Shown here in pieces: positions 39,966 to 50,630 of a stretch of 64,000 nucleotides of DNA. A program made the translations under genes and the position numbers. The DNA comes from an uncultured Pelagibacteraceae bacterium (GTDB lineage: Bacteria > Pseudomonadota > Alphaproteobacteria > Pelagibacterales > Pelagibacteraceae). How positions within the stretch are numbered: the first letter of the stretch is position 1; each line of letters begins with the position of its first letter. The stretch spans positions 6,990 through 70,989 of the forward strand of contig CACEXE010000004.1 in the NCBI GenBank assembly GCA_902563435.1, read 5' to 3'. The notes under the pieces were generated by a model. That model saw only the letters and a list, made by a program, of their open reading frames with translations. It was not told the origin of the DNA and searched no databases.

Positions 39966-40973
39966 TCAAGAAAAAGCTTCTGTCCAAGATCCTCTTGTAG
40001 ATGCTTTAGAATATTCAGTTGCTCTACCTTCAAAAAAGTTCATATGTTCCACCGCATTCAACATGGTATCAAGCCAAGTCAATGGATTTTTTTGAACGTC
40101 ATAAATAGGTTCTAAGCCTAACTGATCTAATCTTCTATTTGCAATAAACCTAATATATTCTTTAACCTCTTTTGCTGTTAAACCTTCCATAGGTCCCATT
40201 TCAAAAGCTAAATCAATAAAAGAATCTTCATGCTCAACAATAGTTCTGCATGCCTCATAAAGTTCTTTTTTAAGTTTTGGTGTCCATATTTCAGGGTTTT
40301 CTTTAATAAACTCTTTAAAGATTCTAATCATTGAATTACAGTGAAGTGTTTCATCTCTTACTGACCAAGTAACAATTTGGCCCATGCCCTTCATCTTGTT
40401 ATGTCTTGGGAAGTTAAGTAAGATAGCAAAACTTGCAAATAATTGTAGACCTTCTGTGAATGCACTAAACACAGCAACTGTTTTTGCAATATCTTCTTTT
40501 GAATTTACATTGAAGTTTTGCATGTAATCGTATTTATCTTTCATCTCTTTGTACTTCATAAATGCTGAATACTCAGACTCAGGCATTCCAATTGTATCTA
40601 AAAGATGTGAATAAGCTGCAACATGAACAGTTTCCATCGAAGCAAATGCAGTCATCATCATTAATACTTCAGTTGGTTTAAATACAGTTGTGTAATGTCT
40701 TAAGTAACAATTATTAACTTCAACATCTGCTTGAGTAAAAAATCTAAAAATTTGAGTTAATAAATTTTTTTCAGGCTGAGATAAATTTTTTTGCCAATCT
40801 CTTACATCATCTCCTAACGGAACTTCTTCAGGTAACCAATGAATTCTTTGTTGAGTCAACCATGCATCATAGCACCATGGATATCTAAAAGGTTTATAAA
40901 CTGGGTTCTCAACTAAAAGACCCATTTTTTTTGGTTGAATTATTTCTTTATTAATTTTTTCTGCTACTGACAT
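39966..40973 (-). CDS. nrdB: Class Ia ribonucleotide reductase beta subunit
   Basis: Iron ligands D, ExxH, E and DExxH plus radical Tyr (AAYS); ATG 40973 preferred. Confidence 0.93.
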   Translation of the reverse strand: MSVAEKINKEIIQPKKMGLLVENPVYKPFRYPWCYDAWLTQQRIHWLPEEVPLGDDVRDWQKNLSQPEKNLLTQIFRFFTQADVEVNNCYLRHYTTVFKPTEVLMMMTAFASMETVHVAAYSHLLDTIGMPESEYSAFMKYKEMKDKYDYMQNFNVNSKEDIAKTVAVFSAFTEGLQLFASFAILLNFPRHNKMKGMGQIVTWSVRDETLHCNSMIRIFKEFIKENPEIWTPKLKKELYEACRTIVEHEDSFIDLAFEMGPMEGLTAKEVKEYIRFIANRRLDQLGLEPIYDVQKNPLTWLDTMLNAVEHMNFFEGRATEYSKASTRGSWTEAFS

Positions 40974-42901
40974 GATAAACACTCCTCATAATCTTGTTGG
41001 TTATTACTTTCATCTTTTGATTTATAAACGTTTGCTGCAATGTCAGTTGAATTTGCATCGTTAACATTTTCAGCACGTTGTATTGATTTAGACCTACAGT
41101 AGTAAAGACTCTTCAATCCTTTCTTCCATGCTTGAAAGTGAATTTGATGTAAATCTCTTTTATGCACATCTGCCGGTAAAAATAAGTTAATAGACTGAGC
41201 TTGAGAAATATGAGGCGTTCTGTCTGCACTCAAATCAACAAGCCATCTTTGATCTAACTCAAAAGCTGTTTTAAAAACGTCTTTTTCATCCTGAGTTAAA
41301 AATTCTAAATGTGATACTGACCCTTGGTTAGTCGTAATACTTGACCAAACTTCATCTGTATCTTTCCCGTATTTTTCTAATAGTTGTCTTAAATATTTAT
41401 TTCGAACATTAAATGAACCGGACAATGTTTTGTGTGTAAAACTATTAGCTGCGATTGGTTCAACACCTGGGGATGTTCCACCACATATTATTGAGATAGA
41501 GGCTGTAGGCGCTATTGCAGTTTTGTTGGAGAATCTCTCCGTGATACCATAGTCCGCGGCATCAGGGCACGAACCTCTTTCCTCAGCCAAATCTTTTGAT
41601 GCCTTATCCACGTTTTTATGAATATGCTCAAAAATCTTTTTATTCCAAGCTTTGCTCATTACAGATTCGATTGGAATCATCTTTTTTTGATAGTAAGAAT
41701 GCAATCCCATCACACCCAATCCTACACTTCGCTCTCTCATTGCTGAATATGTAGCATCACTAAATTGTTCAGGTGCATTTTCTATGAAATCAGTCATAAC
41801 ATTATCTAGAAATCTCATTACATCTTGTATAAAGTTTTCATCATCTTTCCACTCATCGTACTTTTCTACATTTAATGATGATAAACAACATACAGCAGTT
41901 CTATCTCTTCCATCTTTATCAATTCCTGTCGGAAGTGTAATCTCACTACAAAGATTTGAAGTTTTAACAGTAAGACCAGCAAGTTTATGATGTTGAGGAA
42001 TTTGTCTATTAACAGTATCTATGAAAACAATATATGGTTCACCTGTCTCAATTCTTGCTGTTAATAATCTTATCCATAAATTTCTAGCAGAAACAGTTGC
42101 TTGAACAGCTCCATCTTTTGGACTTTTTAGTCCCCATTGCTCGTCCAATTCGACAGCTCTCATGAACGCGTCTGAAACTAAAACGCCATGATGTAAATTT
42201 AATGATTTTCTATTAGGATCTCCTCCAGTTGGTCTTCTCATCTCAATAAATTCTTCAATCTCTGGATGATCTATTGGAATATAACATGCAGCCGAGCCTC
42301 TTCTTAACGAACCTTGGCTAATTGCCATAGTCAAAGAGTCCATCACTTTAATGAATGGAATTATACCTGAGGTTTTACCAACTCTTCCAATTTTCTCACC
42401 TATTGATCTAAGGTTTCCCCAATAACTTCCAATACCTCCACCTCGTGCAGCAAGCCAAACGTTTTCACTCCATAGATCCAGAATACCGTTAAGACTATCG
42501 CTAGCTTCATTTAGAAAACAAGATATTGGCAATCCTCTTGTAGTTCCTCCATTTGATAAAACTGGTGTTGCTGGCATAAACCAAAGATTACTAATATAAT
42601 TATATAATCTTTGAGCGTGCAAGTTGTCATCAGCATAATGACTTGCAACTCTTGCAAATAAATCTTGGAAAGATTCATTAGCACCTAAATATCTATCTTT
42701 AAGAGTAGCTTTTCCAAAGTCAGTTAAGTTATCATCTCTGCTTCTATCAATTTTAATTGTTATGCCTTTTGAATTTTGAAATAGTTCTGTTTCGCTATTG
42801 AGAGAAAATAAATCTAATCTTTTATCTTTAGGATCTTGATTCACATTTGGTGTATAATCAGAGACAGCTTTCCTAATAGCTTGTGATAAAATCTTGTTCA
42901 T
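40964..42901 (-). CDS. nrdA: Class Ia ribonucleotide reductase alpha subunit without ATP cone
   Basis: ISCF, SNLCSE, APTAS, LYY and C-terminal CLSC motifs. Confidence 0.95.
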   Translation of the reverse strand: MNKILSQAIRKAVSDYTPNVNQDPKDKRLDLFSLNSETELFQNSKGITIKIDRSRDDNLTDFGKATLKDRYLGANESFQDLFARVASHYADDNLHAQRLYNYISNLWFMPATPVLSNGGTTRGLPISCFLNEASDSLNGILDLWSENVWLAARGGGIGSYWGNLRSIGEKIGRVGKTSGIIPFIKVMDSLTMAISQGSLRRGSAACYIPIDHPEIEEFIEMRRPTGGDPNRKSLNLHHGVLVSDAFMRAVELDEQWGLKSPKDGAVQATVSARNLWIRLLTARIETGEPYIVFIDTVNRQIPQHHKLAGLTVKTSNLCSEITLPTGIDKDGRDRTAVCCLSSLNVEKYDEWKDDENFIQDVMRFLDNVMTDFIENAPEQFSDATYSAMRERSVGLGVMGLHSYYQKKMIPIESVMSKAWNKKIFEHIHKNVDKASKDLAEERGSCPDAADYGITERFSNKTAIAPTASISIICGGTSPGVEPIAANSFTHKTLSGSFNVRNKYLRQLLEKYGKDTDEVWSSITTNQGSVSHLEFLTQDEKDVFKTAFELDQRWLVDLSADRTPHISQAQSINLFLPADVHKRDLHQIHFQAWKKGLKSLYYCRSKSIQRAENVNDANSTDIAANVYKSKDESNNQQDYEECLSCQ

Positions 42902-42937
42902 TTAGCTCCTTTTTTGTACTATACTTAATTAAGTAAA

Positions 42938-42984
42938 ACAACTAGATGTTGTATGATGGTTTGGTAAATATACTATATGACCAA
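42938..42984. promoter_or_regulatory. Tandem NrdR-like boxes upstream of nrdA
   Basis: ACAACTAGATGTTGTA (42938-42953) fits acaCwAtATaTwGtgt; a weaker core CTATATG lies 31 bp away (42973). Confidence 0.65.
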
Positions 42985-43060
42985 CAAATCAATAGAACAT
43001 TTATAGAACTTAAGAAAAAAATTATCAATAAAAAAATAAACAAAATATAAAAATATTAAC

Positions 43061-44515
43061 ATGAATAATTCAATAAAAATTGATCCTTTTGGCTTTAGGG
43101 AGTACGACGCGCGGTGGTTGTACCCTGATAATATCAATTTAGAAGGTGTGACAAATTTGGGAAAAGGTTTAGGAACACAGATTATTAATCATACAAATAA
43201 AAGAAATCCAAGAATCATAGTTGGTCATGATTACAGATCTTATAGTGAAGAAATAAAATCAGCTTTGAAAACAGGACTAATATCAACAGGTTGTTATGTT
43301 GAAGATGTGGGATTAGCGTTATCACCAATGGTTTATTTTGCACAATTCAATTTAGAAAGTGATGCTGTTGCAATGGTGACAGCAAGTCATAATGAAAATG
43401 GTTGGACAGGTGTAAAGATGGGAATAAAGAAAGGATTAACTCATGCACCAGAAGAGATGAAAGAATTAAAAGATATAACCTTAAATAATAAATTTATTGA
43501 AGGTGAAGGAAATGAAAAAGAAATTAGTGATTTTCAAAGTGTTTATAAAGATGATCTTATAAATAAAAATAAAATTAAAAAAAAAATTAAAGCTGTTGTT
43601 GCCTGTGGAAATGGAACTGCGGGAATATTTGCACCGGATATTTTAAGAGGAATAGGTTGTGATGTAATAGAGCTAGATTGCAATTTGGACTATACTTTTC
43701 CAAAGTACAATCCTAATCCTGAGGATCTTGAAATGTTACATGCAATAAGTAAATCTGTAAAAGATAATAATGCTGATATTGGATTTGGATTTGATGGAGA
43801 TGGAGATCGTGTAGGTGTAATAGATAATAATGGTAATGAAATTTTTTCAGATAAAATTGGATTATTGATTGCAAGGAATTTATCTTCAAACCATAAGGGG
43901 TCTAAATTTATTGTAGATGTAAAATCAACTGGTCTGTATTCAACAGATGAAGTTTTGAAAAATAACTCGTGTGAAACATTGTATTGGAAAACTGGACATT
44001 CCCATATCAAAAGAAAAGTAAATAATGAAAAAGCACTTGCAGGCTTTGAAAAAAGTGGTCATTTCTTTTTTAACAAACCTTTAGGTTACGGATATGATGA
44101 TGGTATAAATTCAGCTATTCAAGTTTGCCATTTACTAAATAATAATCATAAAAAAATGAGTGAGATCATAAGTGAATTACCTAATACCTATCAATCACCT
44201 ACCATGGCTCCTTTTTGTGAAGATAATGAAAAATATCAAGTTGTTGAAGAAATAATTAAACAAATTGAGGATTTAAAAACAAATAATGTTAAAATTGATA
44301 ATCAAGAAATTGAAGACATACTTACAGTAAATGGTATAAGATTTTCTTTTAAAGATGGCTCTTGGGGTTTAATAAGGGCCTCATCTAATAAACCTTCACT
44401 AGTAGTTGTTACAGAAAGCCCAACATCAAAAGAAAGAAAGAAAAAAATATTCGAATTTATCGATGATTTGCTCCAAAAAACTGGTAAAATAGGTGAATAT
44501 GACCAAAAGATTTAA
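43061..44515 (+). CDS. Phosphomannomutase/phosphoglucomutase
   Basis: TASHN, DGDGDR and EKSGH motifs. Confidence 0.92.
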   Translation: MNNSIKIDPFGFREYDARWLYPDNINLEGVTNLGKGLGTQIINHTNKRNPRIIVGHDYRSYSEEIKSALKTGLISTGCYVEDVGLALSPMVYFAQFNLESDAVAMVTASHNENGWTGVKMGIKKGLTHAPEEMKELKDITLNNKFIEGEGNEKEISDFQSVYKDDLINKNKIKKKIKAVVACGNGTAGIFAPDILRGIGCDVIELDCNLDYTFPKYNPNPEDLEMLHAISKSVKDNNADIGFGFDGDGDRVGVIDNNGNEIFSDKIGLLIARNLSSNHKGSKFIVDVKSTGLYSTDEVLKNNSCETLYWKTGHSHIKRKVNNEKALAGFEKSGHFFFNKPLGYGYDDGINSAIQVCHLLNNNHKKMSEIISELPNTYQSPTMAPFCEDNEKYQVVEEIIKQIEDLKTNNVKIDNQEIEDILTVNGIRFSFKDGSWGLIRASSNKPSLVVVTESPTSKERKKKIFEFIDDLLQKTGKIGEYDQKI

Positions 44516-45346
44516 TTAGAGATCTAAAAACCTAATTAAAAATAAAGTCCCTATTACATATAAAAATACCCCAAACATTCTTTGAGTTTTATTTTTATCT
44601 GTTGTGTGAACCATATTAGCTCCAACTCTAGCCATAAAAGATGTAATAGGAATAAATATTAAAAAAGCAGGAATATTTACAAAACCTAAGCTTAAAGGCA
44701 GATTTGCATTTAGTAAAAAACCAGATGTTAGAAAACCAATTGAGCCAATAGATGCTATAATAAAACCGATTGCAGCAGAGCTTCCAATTGCTCTACTTAT
44801 TGGATATCCAAAATATCTTAGAATAGGAACATTCATCATAGCTCCTGTAATACCCATAGGTGCAGATATAAAGCCAGAAATGAAACCAAACGTTGCTTTA
44901 GGCAGAAACTTAAACTTTTTATTTTTTTTTAATTCTTGTTTTACTAATAATAAATATCCACCAAAAAAATATACAACTAAAGCAAAAAATAAAACTAAAG
45001 ATTTTGTATTTAACAATGCTGCCATGTATGTACCAAGCAAAACTCCAAATATAACAAATAGACCATAAGTTTTTAAAATATTTGTATCTACAGCTTTATG
45101 TTTTCTATGAGTCATAACTGATACAAAAGCAGTAAAAATTGTAATAGAAAAAGCGGTTCCTACTGAAAGATGCATCAAATAAGATTCATCGACATCTGCT
45201 GTTTCAAATATAAAAAAAAGCACAGGCACAGAAATTAGGCCTCCACCTATGCCAAAATAACCTGCAAAAAATCCAACTGGAAAGGCAGTGACTATCATTA
45301 ATAAAATTAAAAGATAATACTGATTAGAAAGAATAGTATTAATCAA
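44516..45346 (-). CDS. TauE/SafE family sulfite exporter-like membrane protein
   Basis: GIGGG..SVP and GITG...VP repeats; about 8 TMs. Confidence 0.8.
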   Translation of the reverse strand: MINTILSNQYYLLILLMIVTAFPVGFFAGYFGIGGGLISVPVLFFIFETADVDESYLMHLSVGTAFSITIFTAFVSVMTHRKHKAVDTNILKTYGLFVIFGVLLGTYMAALLNTKSLVLFFALVVYFFGGYLLLVKQELKKNKKFKFLPKATFGFISGFISAPMGITGAMMNVPILRYFGYPISRAIGSSAAIGFIIASIGSIGFLTSGFLLNANLPLSLGFVNIPAFLIFIPITSFMARVGANMVHTTDKNKTQRMFGVFLYVIGTLFLIRFLDL

Positions 45347-46340
45347 TTCGACCTGCCGAATGTAATTTAGGAGAAAGTCTAACTTTATCCATAATATGAT
45401 CTATTTTTTTTACATCCGCATCTCTTACACACATATTTTCACTCAAATATCTTTTCCAGTGGCTTGAACCTGTTTGTCCATGGAATAAACCTAGTGTATG
45501 TCTCATAACTTGATTTACTCTTGTACCCATTTGTACTTGTGTCTTAACATAGTCAATTAACTCCTCTACAATTTCTTCCCGTTCTTTAATGTCGTGATTG
45601 TTAAATATTTCTTTTTCAATATCAGCTAAAAGATAAGGGGAATGATAAACTGATCTTCCAATCATTGCGCCATCCACTTTATCTAAATGATCTTTCACTT
45701 CTTCCACTGTAGTGACTCCACCATTAATAATTATTTCAAGGTCTTTGAAATCTTGTTTTAGTTTATATACATAATCATATTTTAAAGGAGGTATATTGAG
45801 GTTTTGCTTAGGCGTAAATTTACCTAGCATAGCTTTTCTTGCATGAATTATAAAAGTTTTAACCCCAGTCTCCTTTAAAGTTTTTATGAAATTAAAAAAA
45901 TGTTCGTAATCCTCAACATCGTCATATCCAATTCTAGTCTTAACTGTAACTGGCAAAGATGTTGAGTTAATCATTTCTGACAAACAATCAGACACTAAAT
46001 TTGGTTCCTTGATTAAACATGCGCCAAATCTATTTTTTTGGACTTTTTTACTTGGACAACCTAAGTTTAAATTAATTTCATCATAACCATAATCTTCGCC
46101 AATTTTGGCAGCATTTGCTAATAATTTTGGCGTGGAGCCACCTAATTGTAAAGCAACTGGTTTTTCTCTTAGATCAAAGGATAATAATTTATCTTTATCT
46201 CCCCTATCGATAGCCTCAGACACAACCATTTCAGTGTAAAGAAGGACGTTTTTGCTTATCAATCTTAAAAAGTATCTTTCGTGTCTGTCAGTACAATCCA
46301 TCATAGGAGCAACTGATACCAATCTATTAATCTTAGACAT
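45339..46340 (-). CDS. dusA: tRNA-dihydrouridine synthase A
   Basis: APMMD, QLGG, NLNLGCPS, HARKA and INGG motifs. Confidence 0.9.
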   Translation of the reverse strand: MSKINRLVSVAPMMDCTDRHERYFLRLISKNVLLYTEMVVSEAIDRGDKDKLLSFDLREKPVALQLGGSTPKLLANAAKIGEDYGYDEINLNLGCPSKKVQKNRFGACLIKEPNLVSDCLSEMINSTSLPVTVKTRIGYDDVEDYEHFFNFIKTLKETGVKTFIIHARKAMLGKFTPKQNLNIPPLKYDYVYKLKQDFKDLEIIINGGVTTVEEVKDHLDKVDGAMIGRSVYHSPYLLADIEKEIFNNHDIKEREEIVEELIDYVKTQVQMGTRVNQVMRHTLGLFHGQTGSSHWKRYLSENMCVRDADVKKIDHIMDKVRLSPKLHSAGRID

Positions 46341-47640
46341 GTTTTTTAACTTTGTTGGATATATTAACTTTCTTCTCGTTTACATACTCTTGGTGATTTT
46401 TTTCAATTTTTGCCAATTCGTATCGATAATTAACCATTACACCAAAAGATCTTTTAAATCCAACCTCTGAAACATTTGCGTTTACTGCTATATCATCAAT
46501 ATCGGCTCCATTTTTCAAATGAAATCTGCAAACATCATTTATTGGAAAACCAAGATCATTTTTCTGTTTTGCTAAATAATTTACCGCTAACTTACTAATC
46601 AAGGCCTTATTATCGGCAATTCTTTTGTCTCCTATTTTTAAATCGGAAGACTTTAAAAAATCTAAACTATTTTTGTTTGCCTCTCCTAGTATTTCGGCAG
46701 CCTGACTACTTTCCATTTTTTTAAACCAATCAGCAAATCCAACCATTGGTGATAAAGTTCCAAAATATTTTACATCTGGAAGTTCTTCTTGAAGCTCATA
46801 AACAACTCTTTTTATTAAAAAATTTCCTAACGTTACTCTTGACAAACCTTCCTGACAATTACTTATTGAATAAAAAGTTGCAGTATCATAATTTTTTATT
46901 TTTTCTTCTGAGGGTCTTGTTAATTCTTGTATTGACTGACTAAGACCTTTTGTTAAAGCAATTTCAACAAATATTATTGGTTCGTCATCTAATGCTGGAT
47001 GAAAATAGGCAAAAAATCTTCTATCTTTTCCAAGTCTCCTTTTAAGTTCATTCATATCTTTCATAGAATGTACTTTTTCATACTTTAATAATTTTTCTAA
47101 AATATTTGCTTTTGTATCCCATGTAATCTTTCTTAATTTTAGAAAGCCTGGGTTAAACCAATTTTTAAATATATCAATTAAGTCATAATCTAAGCTTTTA
47201 AGTTCAGGTTGGTCTTTTATTAAGTTTAACAAATCCTCTCTTAAGGAGACTATCTCTGAGGTGCCGTTTGGAGCCATATTTAGTCTTACAAAAAGCTCTT
47301 TTCTTATTCCTGATGCAACCCGAGATAGATTTAATATAGATGAGGTATTTTTTGATTTGCTGTAACTTTTAATAGCTTCATCTATTTTTACTGAGTCAGG
47401 TTTATATTTATCATTTAATTTAATTAAAAATTTGTTTTTATCCTCTAAAGATAAATTTTGATATCTGAACAAGATATCTCTTGCTAGTGTTATTCCAAAA
47501 GCTGCACCTTTAGTCGACAATAAATCATCACAAAGATCTAAAAGATCTCTTTTTTTTGCAATGCTTTTGATAGATTTTTTATCTAAAATCTTTTGTCCAG
47601 CATCAGCTATGGTCTCAAAAATTCTTTTTATATTTAACAT
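46333..47640 (-). CDS. Malonyl-CoA decarboxylase
   Basis: WFNPGFL, YEKVH, FYSISNCQ.GL, TLSP and FHLKNGA motifs. Confidence 0.9.
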   Translation of the reverse strand: MLNIKRIFETIADAGQKILDKKSIKSIAKKRDLLDLCDDLLSTKGAAFGITLARDILFRYQNLSLEDKNKFLIKLNDKYKPDSVKIDEAIKSYSKSKNTSSILNLSRVASGIRKELFVRLNMAPNGTSEIVSLREDLLNLIKDQPELKSLDYDLIDIFKNWFNPGFLKLRKITWDTKANILEKLLKYEKVHSMKDMNELKRRLGKDRRFFAYFHPALDDEPIIFVEIALTKGLSQSIQELTRPSEEKIKNYDTATFYSISNCQEGLSRVTLGNFLIKRVVYELQEELPDVKYFGTLSPMVGFADWFKKMESSQAAEILGEANKNSLDFLKSSDLKIGDKRIADNKALISKLAVNYLAKQKNDLGFPINDVCRFHLKNGADIDDIAVNANVSEVGFKRSFGVMVNYRYELAKIEKNHQEYVNEKKVNISNKVKKHV

Positions 47641-47656
47641 GATGTTTTTTTATATA

Positions 47657-48988
47657 TTAAAAACCTAAACTTTTGCCCATTATTTTATCAGGCAGCCAGG
47701 TAACAATTTCAGGGAAAATACACAAAATTAATATAGCTAAAGCCATAATTATCATAAAAGGTATAGATCCTTTTAATATTTCAGACAAACTTACATCTGG
47801 CGTAATACCTTTAATGATGTAAAGATTTAATCCGACAGGTGGGGTAATAAGACCAATTTCCATGTTTATCGTAAATACAATTGCAAACCAGTATGGATCA
47901 AAGCCTAAGGTAGTAATAACTGGTAGTAATATTGCTGAAGTCATAACAATCACAGCCACTGGAGGCAAAAAGAATCCAGCTATTAAAAGAAAAATATTAA
48001 TTAATATAAAAACAACCCACTTGTTTGAACTTAATTCTACCATGCTTTGAGCTAATGATTGAGTTACGTAAAGTTGAGATAATGTAAATGCAAAAAGATA
48101 GGATGCTGCAATGATGAACATTATCATTACACTTTCTTTCATTGAAACTTTAACAATATTCCATATTTTTTTTGGTTGATAAATTTTGTAAACAACAGCT
48201 ATCAATACAAAAACTAAAAATGCTCCAACACCTGATGCCTCTGAGGGTGTCGCAACACCACCGTACAACACATATAAAACACCAGCTATGATTGCTAAAA
48301 AAGGAAGAATTCTTGGTAGCACCTCAATTTTTTCTTTTAATGTAGGGGGTGTTCTATTTTTTAAAGCTTTTGCTGAATCTTTATCAATAAAGTAACTGTG
48401 TATAAGAGCCCAAATTGCAAACATTCCTGCTAACATAAATCCAGGCACCAACCCGCATAAAAATAATCTTCCTATCGATGTTCCTGTTGCAATTCCATAA
48501 ACAATTAAAACAATGCTAGGCGGAATTAAAACTCCTAGAGTACCACCAGCTGCAATTGTTCCAGTTGCTATTTGATCGGAGTATCCTCTTTTTCTCATTT
48601 CAGGTATTCCCATAGTCCCGATTGCTGCACAAGTTGCTGGACTTGATCCACTTAGAGCAGCAAAAACTGAGCAAGCACCAATATTTGATATTACTAGTCC
48701 ACCTGGAACTCTCCAAAGCCATCTATCTAATCCGGTATACAAATCTTTTCCTGCGGGTGAATTTGCTACTGCCATTCCCATTAAAATAAACATTGGTATC
48801 GAGAGCAGAACAAAAGAGTTAAGCCCTGCATAAAAGGTTTCAGCGAATACGTCTAACATTTGAAACCCTTCAAATGCTACTAGAAGGGCTATGGAGACAA
48901 AACTCAAACCAAATGCAATTGGTATTCCTGAGAATAAAACTATTAAAGTAAAAACTGCAACTATTACTGCTATTAATAAAGGATCCAT
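47657..48988 (-). CDS. dctM: TRAP transporter large permease
   Basis: SGSS.AT, GGTLG.LIPPS and ITPPVG motifs. Confidence 0.92.
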   Translation of the reverse strand: MDPLLIAVIVAVFTLIVLFSGIPIAFGLSFVSIALLVAFEGFQMLDVFAETFYAGLNSFVLLSIPMFILMGMAVANSPAGKDLYTGLDRWLWRVPGGLVISNIGACSVFAALSGSSPATCAAIGTMGIPEMRKRGYSDQIATGTIAAGGTLGVLIPPSIVLIVYGIATGTSIGRLFLCGLVPGFMLAGMFAIWALIHSYFIDKDSAKALKNRTPPTLKEKIEVLPRILPFLAIIAGVLYVLYGGVATPSEASGVGAFLVFVLIAVVYKIYQPKKIWNIVKVSMKESVMIMFIIAASYLFAFTLSQLYVTQSLAQSMVELSSNKWVVFILINIFLLIAGFFLPPVAVIVMTSAILLPVITTLGFDPYWFAIVFTINMEIGLITPPVGLNLYIIKGITPDVSLSEILKGSIPFMIIMALAILILCIFPEIVTWLPDKIMGKSLGF

Positions 48989-49482
48989 TAATTATTATCC
49001 TCCTCGTCAAAAAGTTTAATAATTTCTGCGATATATTGAAGTATCATTAAAGCTGCTCCAATCATCATTGATGAATAAGGTATCCATAAAGGTGGATCCC
49101 AAACTGTTCCTGTAGAATAATTTTTGGTGAAAGCTTCCTCAACCATTAAAAATCCAAAATAAAATAGAATTAAAAAAAATAATAAACTTATTAATGATGT
49201 AAATATTTTAAGTCTCAGTATGTTTTTTTTCGACAAAAAATCATAAATCCATTCCATACTAACATGAGCTTTTTCACTTAAAACATAAGCACTTCCAATG
49301 AAAGTTGAAGCAACTAAAAGCATTGTGACTAACTCAGTTTGCCATGTGATTGCTCTTTGAAAAAAATACCTTTCAAAGACAAGCTCAACAATAACCAAAA
49401 TTGATAAAATTAAAGCTAAAACAGCAAAAGCACCACAAGCTCTTGAAGATAAATTACAAAATTTTAAATATTTTTCTTTCAT
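48988..49482 (-). CDS. dctQ: TRAP transporter small permease
   Basis: 4 TMs; W..E and HV motifs; between dctP and dctM. Confidence 0.88.
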   Translation of the reverse strand: MKEKYLKFCNLSSRACGAFAVLALILSILVIVELVFERYFFQRAITWQTELVTMLLVASTFIGSAYVLSEKAHVSMEWIYDFLSKKNILRLKIFTSLISLLFFLILFYFGFLMVEEAFTKNYSTGTVWDPPLWIPYSSMMIGAALMILQYIAEIIKLFDEEDNN

Positions 49483-49517
49483 AAAAAAAACCCCTATTTA
49501 ATTTTCAAATAGGGGTT
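49483..49517 (-). terminator. Intercistronic hairpin with U-tract between dctP and dctQ
   Basis: AACCCCTATTT-N7-AAATAGGGGTT, followed on the minus strand by a T-run directly into the dctQ ATG. Confidence 0.7.
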
Positions 49518-49531
49518 CTTTATATATTTTT

Positions 49532-50542
49532 TTATTTAACTGCCAAAGCCATTTCCATTAGCTTATCGCCACCTGGAACTTTTTCAGCAAATGCTTTGTG
49601 CGAAGATTGTTTTGCAATCTCAACCCAAGCCGCATGGTCGTTTGCATCCATATATACTAATTTTACTCCCGCTGCTTTATAAGCGTCTTCAAATTTTTTA
49701 TCTAAATTTTCAACTTGTGCAGTCATATATTTTTCAGCAACTTTACCAGCTTTCATTAAAGCATCTTGTTGTTTTGAATTTAATTTATCAAAACTCATTT
49801 TTGACATCAAAATTGGCTCATACATAAACCACAATCCGAATTTTCCTGGAGGTGTTGCGCATGTTACTTGCTCATAAATTTTGTAACTAACAAAACTTCC
49901 TGAACTAGTGTTTGCACCAGTTAGTACTCCTGTTTGTAATCCAGTGTATATTTCAGATGAAGGCATACTTTGAATACCAGCGCCTGCTGCTTCTAGCATT
50001 TGGTTAAATGCTTTACCAGCTGCTCTCATTACTTGTCCTTTAGCATCTGATGGATTTTTAATACATTTTGACTTAGATGCAAATCCGCCACCAAGCCAAG
50101 CATCAGACAATACAACTACACCAGCATCATTTATAATTCTCTTAATTTCAGTCATCATTGGACCTTTATTAAATCTTAATGCATGGTCGTGGTTTTTAAC
50201 TGTTCCTGGCATTAAAGTTGCATCAAATTCTGGATGGAATTTTGATGCATACGCCAAAGGAAATGCTGAAATATCCAATTGACCAGTTGTCATTGGTTTC
50301 CACTGCTCTTTAGGCTTATATAATGATTTTGCTGGATAAATTCTAATATCTAAATCTACTCCTGCTTTTTTAACTTCATCTGCAATTATTTGAACCATTT
50401 CATGTCTTGGATCATAAGAACCATCAGCTCTAGGTGTTCCAGGCCATTGGTGACTTGCTTTTAGTGTCACAGCGTATGCTGATCCAATTAATGAGAAAGC
50501 TAAAAATAATGTTGTGAAATAAAAACTTATTTTTTTAAACAT
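49532..50542 (-). CDS. dctP: TRAP substrate-binding protein (malonate-type by context)
   Basis: Signal peptide; conserved Arg in MRAAG; EIY..LQTGV motif. Confidence 0.88.
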   Translation of the reverse strand: MFKKISFYFTTLFLAFSLIGSAYAVTLKASHQWPGTPRADGSYDPRHEMVQIIADEVKKAGVDLDIRIYPAKSLYKPKEQWKPMTTGQLDISAFPLAYASKFHPEFDATLMPGTVKNHDHALRFNKGPMMTEIKRIINDAGVVVLSDAWLGGGFASKSKCIKNPSDAKGQVMRAAGKAFNQMLEAAGAGIQSMPSSEIYTGLQTGVLTGANTSSGSFVSYKIYEQVTCATPPGKFGLWFMYEPILMSKMSFDKLNSKQQDALMKAGKVAEKYMTAQVENLDKKFEDAYKAAGVKLVYMDANDHAAWVEIAKQSSHKAFAEKVPGGDKLMEMALAVK

Positions 50543-50575
50543 GTTTTCCCCTCTTTAAATTAATTTAATAAACAT

Positions 50576-50604
50576 ATTAAATTGAACTTATTAGTAAGAG
50601 TCAA
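50576..50604 (-). promoter_or_regulatory. Putative sigma70 promoter of dctPQM-mcd
   Basis: Minus strand TTGACT-N17-TTTAAT. Confidence 0.55.
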
Positions 50605-50630
50605 TATAAGGAAATGTCATATATTTTATT

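Noticed and set aside
42922-42935. 14-bp palindrome TACTTAATTAAGTA upstream of nrdA
   Set aside because: It is almost all A/T and plausible by chance at this composition; no factor can be assigned.
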